From: Octopus vulgaris
Taxonomy: Eukaryota
DNA: 64,000 bases
Reading direction: 5' to 3'
NCBI GenBank assembly: GCA_951406725.2
Contig: OX597833.1
Span: forward strand, 57,474,001 to 57,538,000
The position numbers and the translations under genes were made by a program. Under the pieces are notes generated by a model. It did no database searches. It saw only the letters and a list, made by a program, of their open reading frames with translations, and was not told the DNA's origin. Shown in pieces: positions 54,391 to 64,000 of the stretch (its first letter is position 1; the number at the start of each line of letters is the position of its first letter).

Positions 54391-55208
54391 TCTATACACT
54401 TAACTAGCTAGCTTGCCAGCTTGCTAGCTATCTGGCTCAAGTTCATTGGTTCTTTCCAACATTTTTATTTTCGTTCATTTGCAGATATTTTCTATTGGAT
54501 TCTGTCACTTAGACAAAGAAACAAGACAGCAAATAAAAAAGAAAAAGTAAAAAAGAAAAAAAGATATATATATAATCTAATAAATAAATAAATGAATAAA
54601 TATATAAATAAACAGGATTCCCCATCAGCCTAACTAGATTGTAAAACACAGCAAGTTGCCTGCATCCATCTTTTACACACTTATTCATATTATTTGTTTT
54701 TTTAAAAAAAATATTTTGTAGGAACGACAAGGATTGCAAACCAAATTCAGAAGCAGGATAAAGAAGATTAATAATATATTCCCATCACGGAACATGCAGG
54801 CATCCTCCCTTATGCACCAAATGTAAACAAAATATTTCAGTTATAGACGTATAGACAGATGCAGACGAGCGTCAGGTCATAGGCAGGCAGGCATACAGGC
54901 ATGCAGACAGACACAGAAAGACGCGCCTCGCACACACACACACGAACACACGCAGACGTACACTGAAATTACACATTGACGCATATTTGGCTGTGTGAAT
55001 GCGTATGTGTTGTATGTATTTGAGTGAGTATGATGTACAATGTCTTCTACTATAGTTTCGGGCCAACCACAAAGCCTTGTGAGTAGATTTGGTAGAAAGA
55101 AACAAAGAAGTCCCTTGTACATACATACATACATACATACATACATACATACATACATACATACATACATACATACATACATACATACATACATACATAC
55201 ATACATAC

Positions 55209-55258
<50 letters not shown>

Positions 55259-55349
55259 GTAAATGTAATATGTGACAATTACAGATAAATTCCTCTATTT
55301 ACATAATATCGAGGTCTCTTTCTTTGTTTTGTTGTCTTACCGTTTTTAT

Positions 55350-55404
<55 letters not shown>

Positions 55405-55412
55405 TATATATG

Positions 55413-55446
<34 letters not shown>

Positions 55447-56070
55447 GGGTTTGTATGTTTGTGCGTTCAATGTTTCATCTATTCAATAAGACAATCAATA
55501 CTTCATTTCATTTTACTATATATACTATTTATACTATATATTCTATATTCTACCTTAATATTATAAAGAATATAAATAAAACGTAAAAAGCAGACAGAGT
55601 TGGAATTCCTTTGAATAATATATATATAGATAGATATATAGATGGATAGATAGATAAAATAAAATACAAAATGGGACAAGAACTCAAAACGGGACAACAA
55701 AACATCCAGATAGACGATACAAAAATATCACGGACGGGCCATTCGAAGCCTTTTATCTTCAGTCAAGAACCGGATCATTCTCGCAATTTCGGCTGATTAA
55801 TTTTCAGATTGCTCCAATCTGGCCAGCCCCAATGAAAAACAAAGCTAAGAGCATTAGATTCCTTGGAAAGAAGCAAAAAATTATAAACGAAACATGGACG
55901 GAAAAACAGACGATGTTACACGAATATAAATACAAAATACAATAAAAAAACAATAATAATAATAATAACAGGACATAACAACAGGCGTCTTTCGACTGGG
56001 AATGAATTTAATTCAGCTGGCATGCTGGGAATTAAGCCTTACGGCAGATGTATATGTATATTTATACATA

Positions 56071-56176
56071 CAGTCCCACTGCGTGGCACCTTGGGCAAGT
56101 GTCTTCTACTATAGCATTGGGCCGACCAAATCCTTGTGAGTGGATTTGGTAGACGGAAACTGAAAGAAGCCCCGTA

Positions 56177-56249
<73 letters not shown>

Positions 56250-56564
56250 GTGTGTGTATATGTTTGTATGTCTGTGTTTGTCCCCCAGCAACGCTTGACA
56301 ACCGATGCTGGTGTGTTTACGTCCCCGTAACTTGGCGGTCCGGCAAAAGAGACCGATAGAATAAGTACTAGGCTTACAAAGAATAAGTCCTGGGGTCGAT
56401 TTGTTCAACAAAAACACTACAAGGCAGTGCTCCAGGATAGTCGCAGGCAAATGACTGAAATAAGTAAAATGATAAAGGAATAAAAATAAACATTATTTTC
56501 CATCTTACTGTTATCTTTGTTTCATAAAAATTTATTTTAGGGTTTATTATTGTTTTTATTTCGA

Positions 56565-56636
<72 letters not shown>

Positions 56637-57040
56637 TATTTATTCTTTTACTCTATTTGACTATGGCCATGCGTGAGCACCGCCTGTAGTCGAGCAAATC
56701 GACCCCAGGACTTATTCTATGTAAGACTAGTACTTATTCTATCGCTCTCTTTTGCCGAACCGCTAAGTTACGGGGACATAAACACATCATCATCGGTTGT
56801 CAAGCGTTGCTGGGGGGACAAACACAGACACACAAACATATACACACATACATACACACACATATATATATATGCATATATACGACGGGCTTCTTTCAGT
56901 TTCCGTCTACCAAATCCACACACAAGGCTTTGGTCAGTCCGAGGCTATAGTAGAAGACACTTGCCCATGGTGCCATGCAGTGGAACTGAACCGGGAACCC
57001 TGTGGTTGGTAAGAAAGCTACTTACCACACAGCCACTCCT
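56071..57040. mobile_element. Tail-to-tail inverted pair of CORE-type SINEs (56071-56470 +, 56645-57040 -)
   Basis: Both match the family consensus in opposite orientations. Confidence 0.88.
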
Positions 57041-57365
57041 GGACACCGGTTGACAAACACTGGTTCAGTCGAACGAATCGACTTCAGGTCAGTTTGGTAC
57101 TTTTTAGTGGTACTTTTTAAGTCTGGTACTTACTATGTCGGTACCCCTGCACGGTTGCAGTGAAATGACTGTCTACCAAATTTCCTTTGAAGGCATTGAT
57201 CGGCCTGGGGCTATAGTAGAAGCCGTTTTCCCAACGTGGGACTGAACCTATTGAAATTCTTGGTTGCAAAACGGGCTTGCTTATATAGCTTGACCGCGTG
57301 TGTACCGTTGGCGATTTATTTTTTTTTCCTCCGTCTTCCCTTCTTTGGATCTTTCCTTTTCCTAT

Positions 57366-57400
57366 GTTTCTGACGAAGAGCTCCGCTCGAAACGTTAAGC
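57366..57400 (+). ncRNA. Minimal type I hammerhead motif, family A, canonical CUGACGA
   Basis: GUUU-CUGACGA-A-GAGC(ucc)GCUC-GAAA-CGU-U-AAGC. Confidence 0.75.
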
Positions 57401-58110
57401 CCTCCTTCTTTCCTGAGCGTCCAATAAAACTATACTTGTTCCACGTCCTCGCGTTGTTGTGTTTTCTCTTTGTGTTTTCATGTTTGGGTTAACTTTAATA
57501 GAGACAGCTATACGGAATTTCGTCACAGTAAGCCGCCCTCTAAATTTTGTTACCACCTCTTCTTCTTCTTCTACAGTTTCTTTAATTAGCAGCCAACAAG
57601 GAAGTGAGGACACAGCTGATGTAATCCAATTTGAATATATTTCAACATGTTCCTCACATTTCAATACTCTCCAGAAATTTTGGTTTCAAACATTGGAGGT
57701 ATTCTTCCCATGTTCATCATCACATATGTTGTCTTTTTAGGTATTTTCTCTCTACATTTGTTTCCGAATTCGTTTCAAATATCCAAGTGTGTGCGTATAT
57801 GCGTGATTGTCTGTGTGATTGTGTTTGTATGTGTGTGTGTGTGTGTGTGTACATATACACACATTCACACACACATCTACAAACGTATATGTATTGCATT
57901 TAAATACGCGATATTTTAAAGCTTTATCTTTACTTTAGATTTTTAAAAAATGTTGTTATTAGCTTACGAGCGCGCTCGACTCACACGAACACACACACAT
58001 ACACACACACACACGCACGTACACACACATACACACAAACACACACACATGTGCACACACGTTTCATTAAATACGCGACTGTGTTAAAGATTGACTTCGT
58101 TACTTTAGAT

Positions 58111-58288
58111 CAGTGCCCCGAAACCTTTTTTCTCTTGCAGCACGCTGATACTCTTTTCAAAATCCGGCGGCGCACCTGAACTAAAAATATAACAAAAAAT
58201 ATAGGGGAAAAAATTATATATTCAGGTTACACCGTGTCACACCTAGCATCATCACGCGGCACACCAGTGTGACGCGGCATATCGTTTG
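58111..58288. mobile_element. hAT-like MITE remnant
   Basis: CAGTG..AACCTTTTTT start and subterminal GCGGCACACCAGTGTGACGCGGCA palindrome, typical of non-autonomous hAT elements. Confidence 0.55.
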
Positions 58289-58461
58289 CATTTAGATTTA
58301 CGTACTTTCTTATTTCCTTATTAGTTTTTCACAGTTTGTTTGGAGCAATAAAGTTTCTAAATTCATATTAGACGTTTCAAGACCTTCACAGTCTCTGACC
58401 GCTAACTACAAAAGTTTTTTTTTTCCTTCTCTCTCTTTTTATTTCTTCTATTTCCTCGTGT

Positions 58462-58500
58462 TCTTTTCTGCTGAAGAGCGTTGACTCGAAACATAAAAGA
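58462..58500 (+). ncRNA. Decayed family B hammerhead motif (CUGCUGA)
   Basis: UCUUUU-CUGCUGA-A-GAG(cguuga)CUC-GAAA-CAU-A-AAAGA; flanks homologous to 13510-13678. Confidence 0.5.
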
Positions 58501-58842
58501 CTTTCTCACCCTCCAGAGCGTCGAACTAATACACCCGCTTGTTGTTTGTACACCTGTCTTCATCTTTCTGTAAATTTTTCTGTAAATTTCAACAATAAGG
58601 CTACCAAACCCGCCATACACAGACAACTTCAGCTATATATATATATAGAGAGAGATGTATGTATGATCATTCAGCTCTGTAATCTCGCTGTTCCTCTATT
58701 TCTAGCATTGCACCATTGAAAATGTATGTGACCGTTTGCCTAAAGTAGAAATCAATACATTTTATGCTGTTTTAAAATTGCCTTTGAAATCAGTTAATGT
58801 AAAACGTTGTGACTGTTTGTGTTGTCAAATGATAATAACTGC

Positions 58843-58881
<39 letters not shown>

Positions 58882-59412
58882 GCTGTTGTCGTTGTCGTAA
58901 TTATCATTATTTTTTGTAAATATAGTTGTTTTTTTATTTTTTTATTATTTTTATGCGATTGTTTAATTTGTTAATTCATCAGGAAATGAAGTCTTGCAAA
59001 CAACGACATGGTTTCGGGCAACGGAGACGACATGAAGAATTATGGAAATTGAGATAAAGAGGAGAAGAAGGAGGAGGAAGAGGATGGTGATGAGAAAAGA
59101 TACAAGAGAGGAGGAGGAGGAGGAGGAGGAGGAAATAGGAAAGAGTTTAGAAGGTGGAAGAGGAGAAATGGAAGTTACATAAGAGATAGAAAATGGCTGT
59201 TCAAGGTAATCAAGACAAAATTAAAAGAACAACGAACCAAATTAAAAAATGTATTTGCCACAAGGGAGACGTGAATTGAAAAACATTAGTTGCCAATAAC
59301 GTAAATAAATATTTTGAGACGAAATATACAAAAACTGAATCTTAAGCATAAAATTATTATGATTTTATATGTATATACACACACACACACACAGATGTAT
59401 ATAAATGTGTGC

Positions 59413-59488
<76 letters not shown>

Positions 59489-59600
59489 GTGTGTCTGTGT
59501 GTGTGTATGTATATATATATGTATTATATGTATGTATATGTATATTCGCCCACACTAGCAGGTATATATGTTACATTATCCTTCGAAGATATATTTATAT

Positions 59601-59676
<76 letters not shown>

Positions 59677-60100
59677 AGGAATTCCAACTCTGTGTGTTTT
59701 TATGTCTTATTTATATTCTTTATAATATTAATGTAGAATATAGAATATATAGTATAAATAGTAAAATGAAATGAAGTATTGATTGTCTTATTGAATAGAT
59801 GAAATATTGAATATAAAATATTAAGGGACTAGTATACTTTCTTGCATTAAAGCAGTCATCAAGGTCCCAGGTTGTGACAGGAGTGTTTCAACTGTATATA
59901 TATATATATATATCAGCCGAAATTGCGAAGATAATCTGTTACTCGACTGAGGAAAGAAAACTCCGAATGACCCGTCGGGTTTGTTTTCTTTGTATCGTCT
60001 ATCTGGATGTTTTGTTGTTCCATTTTTGTATCACCCGGATGTTTTGCGCTCTTGTCCCATTTTGTATTATATATATATATATATATTATATATATGTATG

Positions 60101-60149
<49 letters not shown>

Positions 60150-60229
60150 CCAACCACATTGTTCCGGTTTCAGTCCCACTGCATGGCACCTTACACGAGC
60201 GTCTTTCACTATAGCCTCGGACCGATCAG

Positions 60230-60425
60230 GCAAGAGCTGAAAAGTTCTCGACTGGAGGCCAAAACTTCCGAGTTCTTTTCACAGGGCTTAGAGAAGCTTA
60301 AGGACTGCTGCAATAAGTGTGTGAATTCGAGAAGGGAAAGGAATACGATGGTTAAAATCATAATTAATTGTTCCTCCAGTATTTTTTTCTTTTACCCCCA
60401 AACCAGGAACTTTTCAGCGTCCCAT
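60230..60425 (+). mobile_element. Mariner remnant (transposase C-terminus between TIR cores)
   Basis: CTGAAAAGTTC ... GAACTTTTCAG inverted motifs; LEAKTSEFFSQGLEKLKDCCNKCVNSR resembles the mariner C-terminus. Confidence 0.7.
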
Positions 60426-60770
60426 CAAGCGTGTGCATATGTACATGTGTGTATGTATGTATACACGCATATGTATACATATGTATAAAGGTAGAGAGAG
60501 AGGATATGACGTGTACATTACATGTTGCACTCTAATGAGGTTACCTTGATTACATATAGATATTCTAATAAAACATATCAGAGAGAAGATCCATGTAGAT
60601 ATACGTTGTCGAGCAACTTTATAACCGCTTTTCTACACTCAACACAAAAGTGCATCCACACATATATACACGTATATAGATACATACATGCGTACACACA
60701 TACACACATACATACACACACACACATACGCATATATATATATATGTGTGTGTGTGTATATATATATATG

Positions 60771-60900
<130 letters not shown>

Positions 60901-62378
60901 CTATCTGCGCATACAGCCTTACTAAACCTGCCCATCATACACACGTACACGCACAGGGGCTTCGTACATACAACCAAATTTTTGTTATCACCTTAATCTC
61001 AACGAAAACGATCACGAAGAATTTTAATAACAGATTACAGTTGATAACCAGGAATCTATGCTTCCATCTGCCGAGATAACTATCAAAATGTGTCTCCGTA
61101 TTTCTTCATATCTGGGCAGAGGCAGAAATTTAAAGGAAAAAAAAAAAAAGAAAAAGAAAAGAATCCAGCCACAAAAACATGTTTCTTTACTTGTGTTCCT
61201 ATAAATGATCTGGGTTGTTTGTATGAGCCCCGAATTCTTTCTTTAAGGGTCTTACTAAGATCATCGAGAATGTGTCAGGATTGTTTGGGTATGTGGTTTG
61301 CGTAAGAAAACATCCAATATTTTAGAATTGTGGATGCAATTTGGAAGAATAAAATGCTAGGGATAAGTATGTGAGCGTGTGAGTGTGTGTGTCTATGTGT
61401 GTGAAAGATAGAGATGATAGAGGAAGTGAGGGGGAGTGAGAAGGGAGAGAGGGAGAGGGAAAGGGAGAGTGAGAGAGAGGAGTGAAAGAGAGGGAGAGAA
61501 AGGGAAGGAGAGAGAAAAAGAGGGTAAAAGAAAAGGAGAGAGAGTAGAGAGAAAGAGTGCAAGATGGAGAGTCAGAGGGAGACAGAGAAAGGAGAGAGGG
61601 GGAGAGAGAAGGAGAGAGAGAGAGGGAGAGAGAGAGAAAGGGAAAGAGAGAGAGAAAAAAAGAAAGAGAAAGAGAGAGAGATACTGCAGTTCTTGACTGG
61701 TACTTTATTTATCGATCCCGGGGAAATGAACGGGCAAAGTTGACCTCAGCGTGATTCGAACTCTGAACGGAAAGGAAATAATTTCTAAAATCGGCAAAAG
61801 CCCAAAAATTCGTGATGAAGGTAACAGTCGAATTGACTCCCGTACTTGGCAGGTACTTTATTCTATCGACCTCCCCACAAACGGTTGAAAGGTCAAGCTG
61901 ACCTCGGCGGGAAACGATCTGAAGATGCAAAGAACCAGCACAATTAGCGCAAGGCAATTAAATAAAGAATAATTACAAATATAAAGATTAATTAGTTGTT
62001 GGATCATGTGATCAGAATTAGTCGGAGTCACGCTCATTTTGATTCACTTCCTCGAGGTCATGACCTCTGTCTCATTCATGACCTATGTCACGATGCGAAG
62101 AAACAAAGGTTTTAACTACAGAGAGACAGAGTTAGTACGAGTTGTGAGCTTTTTGACCCACTTCATTAAGGTCATGACCTATAAATCATGTCATGACCTA
62201 TGAATCATGACTTCTGTAATGATGCAAGGGAACAAGGGTTAACAATAGAAACGAAGAGATGATTACGCCACCGAAATCGGAATGTATTCATAACAATTAT
62301 TGTTATTCTTGATATAGTTTTGTTATAATCGTTGTTGTCATTACCGAGAGACTTTTTGTTTATTACTATTGAAATCTA

Positions 62379-63305
62379 GGCGATGCACTGGCAGAATCAG
62401 TAGCGCGCTGGACGAAATGCTTAGCGAACGTGCCGGCATGTTCTGAGTTCAATTTCCACTTAGGTCGACTTTGCCTTTCATACTTTCGGGGTCGATAAAT
62501 TAAGGACCAGTTACGCACTGGGGTCGATATAATCGACTTAATCCCTGCGTCTGTCCTTGTTTGTCCTCTCTGTGTTTGGCCCCTTGTGGATAGTAAAGAA
62601 ACAGGTATTTTACCCTTTTTCGTGTTCTGAGTTCAAATTCCGCCGAGGTCGACTTTACCTTCATTCCTTTCGAAGTCGATAAATTAAGTACCAGTTACGC
62701 ACTGGGGTCGATGCAATCGACTATCCACATCCCCCAAATGTCAGGCCTTGTGCCTTTAGTAGAAAGGATTATAACTATTGAAGTCAAGGCGATGTGCTGG
62801 CAGAATCGTTAGCGCGCTGGACGAAATGCTTCGCGGTATTTCGTCTGTCGTTACGTTCTGAGTTCAAATTCCGCCGAGGTCGACTTTGTCTTTCATCCTT
62901 TCGGGGTCGATTAAATAAGTACCAGATACGCACTGGGGTCGATATAATCGACTTAATCCCTTTGTCTGTCCTTGTTTGTCCTCTCTGTGTTAGTAAAGAA
63001 ATAGGTATTTCGCCCGTCGTTACATTCTGAGTTCAAATTCTGCTGAGGGCGACTTTACTTTTTATCCTTTCGGGGTCGATAAAAATAAGTACCTGTTGAA
63101 CATTAGGGTCGATTTAATCGACTATATCCTCCCCACAAAATATCAGGCCTTGTGTCGATAATAAAGAATTATTACTATTCAAGTCAAGACAGTGAGTTGG
63201 CAGAATCGTTGAGCACGTCGGACAAAATGCTTGAACAGTTTTCTGTCCTTTATGTTCTGAGTTTAAATTCCACCGAGATCAACTTTGGCTTTAATCCTTG
63301 CGGGT
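62379..63305 (+). mobile_element. Older array of Nin/Deu-domain SINE copies
   Basis: Three diverged heads (about 62379, 62788, 63187); the first two are each followed by two bodies. Confidence 0.8.
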
Positions 63306-63420
63306 GTTCGGTCGATCGGATCAATTGGAACACTCGTCGTCGTAACCGACGGAGTGCTAGTTTTCATTACCGATCCTGTTCCTGATGTTACTGTTGTCTA
63401 ATTCAATTTGTTATTGTATA

Positions 63421-63593
63421 GGCGTAGGAGTGGCTGTGTGGTAAGTAGCTTGCTTACCAACCACATTGTTCCTGGTTCAGTCCCACTGCGTGGCACCTTG
63501 GGCAAGTGTCTTCTATAGCCTCGGGTCGACCAAAGCCTTGTGAGTGGATTTGGTAAACGGAAACTGAAAGAAGCCCGTCGTATATATGTATGC

Positions 63594-63645
<52 letters not shown>

Positions 63646-63857
63646 TTGTGTGTCTGTGTTGTCCCTCCCTCCCCCCAACATCGCTTGACAACCGATGCTG
63701 GCGTGTTTACGTCCCCGTAATTTAGCGGTTCGGCAAAAGAGACCAATAGAATAAGAACTAGGCTTACAAAGACTAAAAGCCCTGGAGTCGAGTTGCTCAA
63801 CTAAAGGCGGTGCTCCAGCATGGCCACAGTCAAATGACTGAAACAAGTAAAAGAGAG
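63421..63857 (+). mobile_element. Full-length CORE-type SINE
   Basis: GGCGTAGGAGTGGCTGTGTGGTAAG head, GGTTCAGTCCC B-box, CCTTGGGCAAGTG core, internal (TA)n(TG)n, tail GACTGAAACAAGTAAAAGAG. Confidence 0.93.
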
Positions 63858-64000
63858 TGTTTGTATGTTACTCATTTTGTTGTTGTTAATGTTGCGATGT
63901 TGTTGTTACTGTTGTTGCTGCCGTCATCATCGTCGTCCTTACCATTAAGATCGTCATTAAAACTGCTATATACCATTCCCCATACCACCACCACCACCAT

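Overview
Repeat-saturated, AT-rich eukaryotic DNA, probably from an octopus or other coleoid cephalopod (inferred from tRNA-derived CORE-type SINEs resembling the octopus OR families, Nin/Deu-domain SINEs and extreme microsatellite density). Almost all supplied ORFs are translations of microsatellites or SINEs. The best genic signal is a minus-strand first coding exon (29113-29230) with a signal-peptide-like product and a phase-1 GT donor, preceded by a repeat-free putative 5'UTR/promoter up to about 30235. This would make the left 29 kb mostly intron; a weak C-type-lectin-like exon candidate lies at 1693-1850. The rest is SINEs, MITEs, mariner/Tc1, RTE and Helitron remnants. The main unexpected signal is a dense set of type I hammerhead ribozyme (HHR) motifs: about 15 motifs from roughly 9 distinct short repeat families, mostly beside (TA)n tracts and often in inverted or partial-tandem arrangements like Penelope pseudo-LTRs or retrozymes. 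Some have canonical cores (15777, 35579, 36381). Others recur with non-canonical cores: a compensatory G3-C8 swap (GUGAACA), A6U/A6C, U4C and U17. All folds were derived by eye; none has been tested for activity.
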